A stretch of DNA of 32,000 bases, from NCBI RefSeq assembly GCF_000009045.1, contig NC_000964.3:3060001-3092000 (forward strand), given 5' to 3'. This document shows positions 18,399 to 29,225 of the stretch, in pieces; within the stretch, counting starts at the first letter, position 1; each line of letters begins with the position of its first letter. The notes under the pieces were generated by a model, which was not told where the DNA came from, made no database searches, and saw only the letters and a program-made list of their open reading frames with translations. The position numbers and the translations under genes were made by a program. This stretch comes from Bacillus subtilis subsp. subtilis str. 168. GTDB lineage: Bacteria; Bacillota; Bacilli; Bacillales; Bacillaceae.

Positions 18399-18575
18399 GC
18401 GATATAAAATAAGGGCGGAAAAACAGTAAAGCTGCTCGCCGTCTGGGTCGCACGCCGCCGAAACCGTATATTTGATATCTATCAGCTGCTCCTCCGATAT
18501 CCCTTTTAAAAATGAATTGATTTCCGTTTGTAAGTCTTTTTCATGCTCTTCATCAAATACCGCTACCTTCAGCAT
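18393..18575 (-). CDS. cse60: 60-aa acidic sporulation protein
   Basis: The ORF of exactly 60 aa (MLKVAVFDEEHEKDLQTEINSF...) has an ATG start and an AAAGGAGAG SD. I recognise it as cse60/yteV. Confidence 0.85.
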   Translation of the reverse strand: MLKVAVFDEEHEKDLQTEINSFLKGISEEQLIDIKYTVSAACDPDGEQLYCFSALILYRK

Positions 18576-18642
18576 TTTATCCGCTCTCCTTTCTCTATCA
18601 ATCTATTCCGTTTGGAACAGCGTTATGATAGAGAAATGATGA

Positions 18643-19311
18643 TTATCTCGTTTCCGGATAAAAAGCTTTCCGTATATGGGATTTCCTCTGTGGCTCGCCG
18701 CCGTGCTGCTCCACTTTCAGCAGCACGGCATAAACAATGCGCATATGGCAGTAGCTGATAAGGCTGACGCTGAAAAAAGGGACAATGCCCGGCAGGTACG
18801 CAAGCAAGAAAAAGAGAGCAACAGTCAGCGCAAGCATAGTAAGCGTATATTGCAAATACGCCACACTGAGCAAGAGCGAAAATTTCACATACAGACGTTT
18901 TTTCCAGTCAAAATGGACAAGCAGCGGAAACACATAAAAAAGCATGGATACGAACAAAAAGCCAAATATCATAATGGCGAAGCGCAGGATGTGCAGAAGG
19001 AAATGACTTGGATAAATTAAGGCCAAATCAATATAAATGATCACTCCGATGAGCGCCAGTACAGCGCCGAGCAGATTTGAACGAAAAAATTCACCCTTGT
19101 ATTCCTGCCAAAACGTTTTGAGCACCGGAACGTTGTCCTGCCCCTGGATCCACTTCCGCATGACAGCGAATAAAGCCGCGGTCGCGGGCATGATGCCAAA
19201 CACGCCGAGACCGAGCAACGTAAAAAACAGCCACAGCAAGTTTGTATACGCAAATCTCATAATCCATTCGCAAAAACGCAGCATCCGTCCCAGTGAGCCA
19301 TCATGTTCCAT
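18643..19311 (-). CDS. yteU: DUF624-type integral membrane protein
   Basis: 222-aa ORF with an ATG start, an AAGGAGGGG SD and about 6 hydrophobic segments. Confidence 0.88.
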   Translation of the reverse strand: MEHDGSLGRMLRFCEWIMRFAYTNLLWLFFTLLGLGVFGIMPATAALFAVMRKWIQGQDNVPVLKTFWQEYKGEFFRSNLLGAVLALIGVIIYIDLALIYPSHFLLHILRFAIMIFGFLFVSMLFYVFPLLVHFDWKKRLYVKFSLLLSVAYLQYTLTMLALTVALFFLLAYLPGIVPFFSVSLISYCHMRIVYAVLLKVEQHGGEPQRKSHIRKAFYPETR

Positions 19312-19332
19312 GGCGCCCCCTCCTTTTTTGCA

Positions 19333-20619
19333 TTATACATTCTGCATCTGAAAAAGCTCTTTCATGCCGATCGGCTTCTTTTCGGCAACCGAGCGCCACA
19401 TTCCCTCACCAACCGCGATGGAGTAGGCTCCAGCTTCAGCCCCGGCTAAAATATCATAGCGGCGCAGCGGGTCTTTCCCTAAAAAAAGATCCTCAAGCAA
19501 AAGCGGATCACCTCCGCCATGCCCCCCTTCATTTTTGACCACTTGTATCGTCTGCTTTGATTCAAAAAGCGGATAGTATTCGATTGTCTGCTCAGGAAAA
19601 GCAAACGGAATTCTGGAAGGTTCGTGAAATTCATTTGATTCAATACGTCCTTTTGTGCCGTTGATCGTCAGCCGGTAGCCTTCATACGGGGCCGAAAAAA
19701 TAATCGAGTAGCTTAACAGTGCGCCGCCATCATATTTGACTGCCGCCACGTACGTATCCTCGATGTCAATTTCCTCGTCAAAAATACACGCGTCAGGCCT
19801 GTATGCAGTATATAAGCTGGACTGGTCTCCTGCTTCAAGATGATCATCCTTTATAGAAGCTTTAGAGGAACGGGGATGCCACCTTGAATAGTAGTGGCAT
19901 TTTTCTTTAACACGGCACGTCCCGCAAAAACGCCCGTCTTCTTCCGGCAAGGGGTTCCACTCACTGTCCGGCCCATAGTAATTCAAGGCGCCATAAGCAA
20001 ATACCTCTTCCGGATTTTGCCCGAGCCACCAATTGACGAGATCGAAGTGATGTGTTGATTTATGGACAGAAAGACCGCCGGAAAACTGTCTCGACCTGTT
20101 CCAGCGTTTAAAATAGCTGGCGCCATGATACGTATCAATATACCAATTTAAATCAACAGAAGTGACCCTGCCTATTTTTCCGTCCAGAATCATTTCTTTT
20201 ATTTTCCGATGAAACGGGCTGTAGCGATAGTTAAACGCGACGGTGACTTTTCCTTCGCTTTTGGCCTCCGCTTCAAGCACCCGATTCGCATCCTGCACTG
20301 TTGTCACCATTGGTTTTTCAGTAATCACATCTGTATTCCACTGAAGGCTTTTTACAATATATGCGACATGCGTATCGTCCCTGCCTGCCACAATGACGAT
20401 ATCAGGCTTTGAGACGCGCATCATCTCGTCAAAAGCATCTTCGCTAAACTCAGGCACGTGGGCCAGCTCGGGAAATTTCTTCTTGCAAACGGCAAAACGT
20501 TTCGGATCGGCATCCAGCAATCCCGTAATCTCATAATGAGTTGAAAACCGCTCCATCAGTGGTTTGATAAACATACTGAATGCTCTGCTGCTCAATCCGC
20601 AAAAGACGATGTTCTTCAA
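19333..20619 (-). CDS. yteT: Gfo/Idh/MocA-family oxidoreductase
   Basis: The longest ORF starts at GTG 20628, which lies inside the GAGGTGAGG SD. The in-frame TTG at 20617-20619 (MKNIVFCGLSS...) has better spacing, giving 428 aa. An N-terminal Rossmann-like region is present. The start is uncertain by 3 codons. Confidence 0.85.
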   Translation of the reverse strand: MKNIVFCGLSSRAFSMFIKPLMERFSTHYEITGLLDADPKRFAVCKKKFPELAHVPEFSEDAFDEMMRVSKPDIVIVAGRDDTHVAYIVKSLQWNTDVITEKPMVTTVQDANRVLEAEAKSEGKVTVAFNYRYSPFHRKIKEMILDGKIGRVTSVDLNWYIDTYHGASYFKRWNRSRQFSGGLSVHKSTHHFDLVNWWLGQNPEEVFAYGALNYYGPDSEWNPLPEEDGRFCGTCRVKEKCHYYSRWHPRSSKASIKDDHLEAGDQSSLYTAYRPDACIFDEEIDIEDTYVAAVKYDGGALLSYSIIFSAPYEGYRLTINGTKGRIESNEFHEPSRIPFAFPEQTIEYYPLFESKQTIQVVKNEGGHGGGDPLLLEDLFLGKDPLRRYDILAGAEAGAYSIAVGEGMWRSVAEKKPIGMKELFQMQNV

Positions 20620-20630
20620 TATCCTCACCT

Positions 20631-23225
<2,595 letters not shown>

Positions 23226-23382
23226 TTTTTCCTAGCCTCCTTTCACGGATTCTTGCATTCACTGTAGCGCAGCAGGCAAAAGTCCGTCTACAATCATATG
23301 ATCACATCCTGTTTTATCCCTTTATAATCAAGGGTTCAGCCGGTCCACCTGAAAAAAAGACACCGATATTAGAAAATGATTA

Positions 23383-23412
23383 TTGACAATATCTATCAAT
23401 CTTTGGATTAAT
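23383..23412 (+). promoter_or_regulatory. candidate sigma-A promoter of ytdP
   Basis: Perfect -35 TTGACA (23383-23388), an 18-bp spacer, then ATTAAT (23407-23412). Confidence 0.3.
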
Positions 23413-23440
23413 TGTATTAAGGTGAAGTGGATGTTATGAA

Positions 23441-25759
23441 ATGGGGGGTTTTATGAAAAGAAGCCAATACAAGTTTTACTACAAACTGATCACGTTTTTC
23501 TGCCTGCTCAGCACCATTCCGGTTATTTTGGTCGGATTATTTTCGTACGAGCACTCTCAGAAAACGGCTATTTCCAACGTTTCGGAGGAAAAATTCGACA
23601 CACTCCAGCAGACCCAGCAAAGCATCGAGCATATATTGAAAACCGTCGATCACTCTTTAACCCACTATGTGAGTTCGCCGCCTCTCCTTCGCACATTGTC
23701 CGAGCCTTTGCACTCAGACCAATTTCAAATCTATAACCAAGTGAACCAAGAGCTCAATTATCTGCAAAGCTTTGATACCGATCTGTCCAACATGACGTTA
23801 GTCAGTTATACGAAAAAATGGTACATGAACAATTCCGGTTTGTACCGTTTGAATACAGACACTCTTCATGAAGCAGCCTCAGCGTACACGAAACAAAAAG
23901 CGAGCCGCTCCTATTGGACGCTTGAGGAAAACAATCATTTGATTTCAACCAAAGAAGGCACAGCAGAAAACTGCCGCTACAATATCAATTTAATTAAGCA
24001 GCTTCCTTTGAACAGCACAAATACAAAGGGATTGGCCGCCGCAAGCATCCCGAGCTGTTCGCTTGTCAAAAATATGCCCGGCTATTCAAACGCCAACAAC
24101 CTGTTTATCATCGATGAAAAAGGCCTCATCATCCTTCATAACAATATGTCTGACGTTGGTGAATCTCTTCATAACGACGGCTTTGTCCAAAAAGTGCTGG
24201 CGCAAACGGCCAATAGCGGACAGTTTGAAACAGTGATTGACCGGATTCATTATAAAGTCACCTATCAAAAATCTGACTATAATGCATGGACTTATTTTTC
24301 TCTCGTTTCCCTGCCTGAGTTAAAAAAAGAAGCCAAATCAATCGGCTGGATCACTTTTGCAGTATGCCTCATTTTGTTAACGCTTTCATTGCTGTTCTCT
24401 TGGCTTGGCTCCCGCCATTTTTACAAGCCGATCAGGGTGCTTTACGAATCATTCGCAAGACATGGAGCCATACAAGAGAAACAACAGCCTCCTCAAAATG
24501 AATTTGAGTTAATTGAACAGAGCTTTAAGCAGCTGAAGGACAGAAATGACGACCTTGAAGAAACGATGAAGCAGCAGGCCACTCATCTGCAGCAATATTT
24601 TATGGTCAGGCTTATGCTTGGAAAACTGACGGATGAGGAGGTTGATAACCGTTTTGAAAGCCTCGGCTTAAAGCAAAATTGGCGGCACCTTGCCCTGCTT
24701 GTGCTCCAAATTGACACACTGAATCATACGCCTTATGAGAAAAAAGATATGGATCTGCTTTTGTTTGCCGTCAACAGCCTGATTGAGCGCAACATCCCGA
24801 CGGACAAACATCTTGCCCCCGCCGTAGTTGACAAACAGCAGGCGACGATTTTGATCAATCAAAGCGGGACAAAGGAAGAATTCATGGCTGAGCTGAATGA
24901 GACTGCAAGGATGATTCAGGAAAAAGCGGAAGCTGAGCTGCAGCTGTCTGTCAGCATCGGCATCAGCCAGCCGTTTGATGTGCTGACAAAAGCGAAAACA
25001 GCCTATGCGGAAGGCTCAGAAGCGTTGAAATATCGGCTGAAAGCGGAAAACAAGTCGATCATCTTTTACGAAGACCTTGACCAGAAAAAAACCTTCAAAA
25101 CCCATTTTCCAAAGCAGCTTCAGCATGAGCTGTTCGATGCTGTCAAAGCAGGAGACAAGGAGAAAGCGGATAAATGCCTGCACGCGATTTTACAAGCCAT
25201 TTTCACCCAGAACACCAACCCGTATCAATTTCAAATCGCCATCGCCCGTTTTTTGAACCATGTGATTGAGCTGATGCATGTGCTTGGGATCGAATTGTTT
25301 GAGCTTGAAGAAAACAAAATGCTGTATGACCAAATTTTTGAGCTGAAAACGTTCGAGGATACCGAAAACTGGCTAAAGAATGAGTTTATTGATCCGATGA
25401 CAGACAAAGTGAACGCCCGCGCGGATGCCCAGTACAAAAATATTTCCGACAACATCATTCATATCATCCATCATGAGTTTGAATCCGAATTGACACTGGA
25501 CGAAATCGCACGCAGGCTGCATTACAACCCAAATTATTTAAGCAGTATTTTCAAAAAAGAAATGGGAATTTCATTCAGCGAGTATGTCTCAAGCTACCGA
25601 CACCATATGGCGAAAAGCTGGCTTGCCGAAACCGACATGGCGGTCAAGGACATTGCCGAAAAGCTGAAATATAAAAACTCCCAAAACTTCATCAGATCAT
25701 TTAAGAAGCTGGAAGGGATTACACCGGGAAACTACCGCCAGCAAAAAAGAAGCATGTAA
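23441..25759 (+). CDS. ytdP: membrane-anchored AraC-family transcriptional regulator with an extracytoplasmic sensor domain
   Basis: 772-aa ORF; an alternative ATG lies at 23453. Hydrophobic segments fall at about residues 16-36 and 301-323. The C-terminal AraC double HTH includes LDEIARRLHYNPNYLSSIFKKE and VKDIAEKLKYKNSQNFIRSFKKLEGITPGNYR. Confidence 0.9.
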   Translation: MGGFMKRSQYKFYYKLITFFCLLSTIPVILVGLFSYEHSQKTAISNVSEEKFDTLQQTQQSIEHILKTVDHSLTHYVSSPPLLRTLSEPLHSDQFQIYNQVNQELNYLQSFDTDLSNMTLVSYTKKWYMNNSGLYRLNTDTLHEAASAYTKQKASRSYWTLEENNHLISTKEGTAENCRYNINLIKQLPLNSTNTKGLAAASIPSCSLVKNMPGYSNANNLFIIDEKGLIILHNNMSDVGESLHNDGFVQKVLAQTANSGQFETVIDRIHYKVTYQKSDYNAWTYFSLVSLPELKKEAKSIGWITFAVCLILLTLSLLFSWLGSRHFYKPIRVLYESFARHGAIQEKQQPPQNEFELIEQSFKQLKDRNDDLEETMKQQATHLQQYFMVRLMLGKLTDEEVDNRFESLGLKQNWRHLALLVLQIDTLNHTPYEKKDMDLLLFAVNSLIERNIPTDKHLAPAVVDKQQATILINQSGTKEEFMAELNETARMIQEKAEAELQLSVSIGISQPFDVLTKAKTAYAEGSEALKYRLKAENKSIIFYEDLDQKKTFKTHFPKQLQHELFDAVKAGDKEKADKCLHAILQAIFTQNTNPYQFQIAIARFLNHVIELMHVLGIELFELEENKMLYDQIFELKTFEDTENWLKNEFIDPMTDKVNARADAQYKNISDNIIHIIHHEFESELTLDEIARRLHYNPNYLSSIFKKEMGISFSEYVSSYRHHMAKSWLAETDMAVKDIAEKLKYKNSQNFIRSFKKLEGITPGNYRQQKRSM

Positions 25760-25793
25760 AAAACCCAAAACCGCTTGCGCGTTTTGGGTTTTT
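25758..25793. terminator. bidirectional intrinsic terminator shared by ytdP and ytcQ
   Basis: AAAAAACCCAAAAC-cgcttgcgc-GTTTTGGGTTTTT. Confidence 0.9.
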
Positions 25794-25799
25794 CCAATG

Positions 25800-27296
25800 T
25801 TATTTTGCTTGTTTAAACGCTTCTTCGTATTCCTGAATAATTTGTTTTCCTCCGCTTGACTCCCATTTTTCCACTTCTTTATCGAACTGGCTTTCTGTGA
25901 TGTCTCCAATCATATATTTGTAGGTCGCGTCATCAATGATTTTCTTCAGTTCGTCACCCCGTTCCGACTCCGATGCGGAATACAGGCTTTCAGCCGGGTT
26001 TGAGACGATAATCTTTTCATTGTCCTCGGTCAGCTCCTCGTACGCCGTCCGAAGCGGATCTCCAGTGTTTTTTAAGTAGGCTTTATCAATGGCAATTAAA
26101 GCGGACAGCGGCTGAATATCAGTCTGCCAGTCTTTTACCTGGCTTTCTTTGCGTGTAAACGTTTTGTCCTCACCTTTGTTGTAATGAACGCCGTCAATGC
26201 CATAAGTCATCAGGCTATAGACATCTTCTTCGGCAATTCGGTCAAAAAACGCCAAGATCCGTTTAAGCTCAGCTTCCGTTTTCACACTCGTTTTCGGGAA
26301 AGCAAACACGCCGTTATGGCCTCCTGATGCCCATACCCGCTCTTTCCCATCTGGGCCTTTTATGCGGTTGATGATCTCGAGCTTCATCGATTTATCAGAG
26401 GCATGGTCGCGCAGATTGACCGCATCTACCATATTGCCAATATAAATTCCGGCTTTTCCTTGAGAAAACAGCTCTTGCTGCTGGGTTTTGCTTGTGACGG
26501 GAAAATCCTTATTCATATACCCGTTATCACGCAGCTTTTTCATATAGTTCATCGTGTCTTTGTATTCCTGTGTCATGAAATCAGGCGTGAATTTGCCGCC
26601 CGATTCCTTCCAATCTGTCGGCATGCCTTCATACGAGCCAATCGTTTTAAACGCGCCGTAAATCAAGTCATTACGGTCTGCCAGCCCGAATGTATCATCT
26701 TTCCCATCCTTGTCCGGGTCGTCCTCCGTAAATGCTTTGGCCACTTCATAAAGCTCATCCAACGTTTTCGGGGTTTTCAAATTTAAATTGTCCAGCCAGT
26801 CCTTCCGAATGACGATCCCCTGTCTGGAAAGCGGGCGCTCTCTGTATATCCCGTAGAGCTTGCCGTCAATTGTCACATTTTTATTAATGAGTTTGTTCAT
26901 TTTGTTTAAGTTGGGATAATCCTTGATATAATCGCCGATTTCCCAAAACATTCCTGACCGAAAGGCATTCATGACTGACGAATTTTTAATATCCTGGATG
27001 GTCACGATTTGCGGAAGATTGCCGGCTGCAAGCGCTGCATTCAGCCTGTCTTCTTTCACCGCGTCTGGAACCCAGGTGATGTCGAGTTCTGTATTTGTCA
27101 GCTTTTCAATTTCTTTAATCGCCCTGTCTTTCGGCGGCTGCTGGTGATACAAAATCGCCATCCAAGACAGCTTTACCTTTGAATCTGGGCCAGCTTTGCC
27201 TTCAGCCGAAGACTGATCAGTTCCTTTACAGCCCGCCAGCACTCCGCCGAGTGCCAGTACAAGCACAATCAAAAGCACCCTCCATTTGTTTCCCAT
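25800..27296 (-). CDS. ytcQ: extracellular solute-binding lipoprotein of a CUT1 ABC sugar transporter (LplA-like)
   Basis: A GGAGGGG SD lies 4 nt before the ATG at 27294-27296 (MGNKWRVLLIV...), giving 498 aa. The lipobox is L-A-G-C. Confidence 0.92.
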   Translation of the reverse strand: MGNKWRVLLIVLVLALGGVLAGCKGTDQSSAEGKAGPDSKVKLSWMAILYHQQPPKDRAIKEIEKLTNTELDITWVPDAVKEDRLNAALAAGNLPQIVTIQDIKNSSVMNAFRSGMFWEIGDYIKDYPNLNKMNKLINKNVTIDGKLYGIYRERPLSRQGIVIRKDWLDNLNLKTPKTLDELYEVAKAFTEDDPDKDGKDDTFGLADRNDLIYGAFKTIGSYEGMPTDWKESGGKFTPDFMTQEYKDTMNYMKKLRDNGYMNKDFPVTSKTQQQELFSQGKAGIYIGNMVDAVNLRDHASDKSMKLEIINRIKGPDGKERVWASGGHNGVFAFPKTSVKTEAELKRILAFFDRIAEEDVYSLMTYGIDGVHYNKGEDKTFTRKESQVKDWQTDIQPLSALIAIDKAYLKNTGDPLRTAYEELTEDNEKIIVSNPAESLYSASESERGDELKKIIDDATYKYMIGDITESQFDKEVEKWESSGGKQIIQEYEEAFKQAK

Positions 27297-27320
27297 CGTA
27301 CCCCTCCGTTTCATATTTCT

Positions 27321-28202
27321 TTATCCTTTGACAGATCCCAGCAAAGCTCCTTTTGCAAAATGCTTTTGTATAAACGGATAGACAAGCAGAACAGGGATGG
27401 TCGCCACCACTATGACCGCCATTTTAATGGTTTGCTCAGGCGGCGGGCTGCCCGACCCCATTTCAGACATATCCCCCTGCATACCGCTTGATACAATGAC
27501 GATTTGGCGCAGAAGCACCTGAATTGGCCATTTTGCTGAATCATTTAAGTACAAGATCGCTGTCATATACGTGTTCCAATACGTGACCGCATAAAATAGT
27601 GAAATCGTTGCGATCGCAGGAAGAGACAGCGGCAGCACAATTTTAAAGAATATGCCCAGATCATTGCACCCGTCAATTTTCGCGGACTCTTCCAGGCTTG
27701 ACGGGATATTTTGAAAGAAGTTTTTCAGAATGATCAGGTTAAAGGCATTAATGGCTGTCGGCAAAATAAGCGCCCAGTAAGAATCGAGCAATCCAAGCGA
27801 TTTGACCACAAGGAAAGTCGGAATCATGCCGCCGCTAAACAGCATCGTAAATACGACGAGAAACATGAGCGGCTGCCGGCCGATTAAATCACGGCGGGAT
27901 AACCCGTAAGCCATCAGTGACGAAAGAAACATGCTGACCGCAGTGCCTATCACTGTCACAAACACAGAAACAAGCAAACTCTTATAAATAATATCTGTTG
28001 AAAAAATGTAGCGATAAGCATCTAGCGAAAAAGTGGTCGGTATTAAAATAAATTTTTTCGACACGACTTCTTCTACTGTGGCAAAGGATGCTGCGATAAC
28101 ATGAATGAACGGAAGTACGCATATTAAAGCGAACATCAGCAAGAAACCATAAATCAACATATCAAACAGACGGTTTTTCAGTGAATGTGCGATAGCTCCC
28201 AC
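27321..28202 (-). CDS. ytcP: CUT1-type ABC sugar permease (LplC-like)
   Basis: The EAA loop is ESAKIDGCNDLGIFFKIVLP, with about 6 TM segments. The 5' end is uncertain because the GTG at 28200-28202 is part of the SD AAAGGGAGGTG (see findings). Confidence 0.88.
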   Translation of the reverse strand: MGAIAHSLKNRLFDMLIYGFLLMFALICVLPFIHVIAASFATVEEVVSKKFILIPTTFSLDAYRYIFSTDIIYKSLLVSVFVTVIGTAVSMFLSSLMAYGLSRRDLIGRQPLMFLVVFTMLFSGGMIPTFLVVKSLGLLDSYWALILPTAINAFNLIILKNFFQNIPSSLEESAKIDGCNDLGIFFKIVLPLSLPAIATISLFYAVTYWNTYMTAILYLNDSAKWPIQVLLRQIVIVSSGMQGDMSEMGSGSPPPEQTIKMAVIVVATIPVLLVYPFIQKHFAKGALLGSVKG

Positions 28203-28209
28203 CTCCCTT

Positions 28210-28223
28210 TGTAAGCGTTATCA
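28210..28223. promoter_or_regulatory. catabolite-responsive element (CcpA operator)
   Basis: TGTAAGCGTTATCA matches the cre consensus TGWNANCGNTNWCA at every defined position. Its complement TGATAACGCTTACA does too. It lies directly upstream of the ytcP SD. Confidence 0.65.
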
Positions 28224-28356
28224 TATTTTTGGAAACCGAGCTCAGCATGTGACGATATCGTGTCTAAAATGTAGCAAATCTGTGATTGCCATGTCTATAA
28301 TCATTTGAACAGTGTCCCCGGCCGGGCGGGGGCTGCCGCGAATTGAGACCGATAAC

Positions 28357-28395
28357 AAAAGAAAAAGAGCATAATCTTAGAAAATGATTATGCTC
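28357..28395 (-). terminator. intrinsic terminator at the end of the bio operon, after ytbQ
   Basis: The minus strand reads GAGCATAATC-atttctaa-type 9-nt loop-GATTATGCTC, a 10-bp perfect stem, followed by TTTTTCTTTTG. The 5' arm includes the last ytbQ codons and the stop. Confidence 0.85.
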
Positions 28396-29149
28396 CGTTC
28401 TCCTCCTCGTTCAGAAGTTCAGCCGTATTGATTTGTGGCGAAAACCCAAGTTCATTCACGGCAGATTCAATGGACCATGGCCGGCCCGGATTATCAGAGA
28501 CGGCGTAATAAGTGCCATACCGGATGTTGGTCTCAATGGCGGCTTTGAAAATCGACAGCAGATCGGGGTGAGAAAGCAGTGTCTTTTTCGTCCGTTCTTT
28601 TTCATGCAGCGTATCCATTTCATCTGTCACGACTGTTCCGATTCGAAGGTTGATTACTGATAGCTTATTTTCCAAATAAAACAAATGGCCGATCTGTTCA
28701 GAGGTCAGCTTTAATACACCGTACAAGTTTTTTGACAGCGGATAATCGCTTGTTGTGATTTCCCGTCCTAAGAGCGAGCGCCCGTCTTTTTCATATACAT
28801 CTGTGACATGATTGCTGCTGGCGAACACGAGCTTTTGAATGCCGAGCTCCGCTGCCGCACGGCACAGATAATAGCTTGCCCTATAGAAAACATCCGTCAT
28901 TTTTTCAAACTCAGCGATGTCCATAATATCGTATTTGATTTTCACAGCGAGTAAATTCAAGATGGCATCGGTATCTTTTGGAATCTTCTTCAACAGCTCC
29001 TCATAATTTGCCGCGTCAGCCTGAATGGAAGAGGCTTTGCCATCGAAATGATCTTTATCAAGCACAGTCACTTCATAGTCTGAAATAAGCCCTTCAGCAA
29101 GCAGTCTCCCAATCACACCATTTCCGCCGGCGATCAGCACTTTTTTCAC
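28388..29149 (-). CDS. ytbQ: extended-SDR NAD(P)-dependent epimerase/dehydratase-like protein
   Basis: The ORF-track GTG at 29158 abuts the SD AAGGGGAG. The in-frame GTG at 29147-29149 has 8-nt spacing (MKKVLIAGGNG...), giving 253 aa. A Rossmann GGNGVIG motif and a catalytic YGVLK (YxxxK) are present. Confidence 0.88.
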   Translation of the reverse strand: MKKVLIAGGNGVIGRLLAEGLISDYEVTVLDKDHFDGKASSIQADAANYEELLKKIPKDTDAILNLLAVKIKYDIMDIAEFEKMTDVFYRASYYLCRAAAELGIQKLVFASSNHVTDVYEKDGRSLLGREITTSDYPLSKNLYGVLKLTSEQIGHLFYLENKLSVINLRIGTVVTDEMDTLHEKERTKKTLLSHPDLLSIFKAAIETNIRYGTYYAVSDNPGRPWSIESAVNELGFSPQINTAELLNEEENGA

Positions 29150-29225
29150 GATGTTCACTCCCCTTTTTTATAGATTGCCCATTTTCGGCGGGGCTGACAC
29201 TTTTTTGGCACTCACATTCTTAGGC

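Noticed and set aside
26403-26786. 127-aa ORF on the + strand inside ytcQ
   Set aside because: It is antisense to a well-supported solute-binding lipoprotein gene, and its Arg/Phe/Ile-rich composition marks it as a shadow ORF.
28296-28301. Perfect TATAAT on the + strand pointing into the antisense strand of ytbQ
   Set aside because: The -35 candidate is poor (TAGCAA). There is no downstream + strand ORF with translation signals. It may be a chance hexamer in AT-rich DNA, though an antisense transcript cannot be excluded without RNA data.
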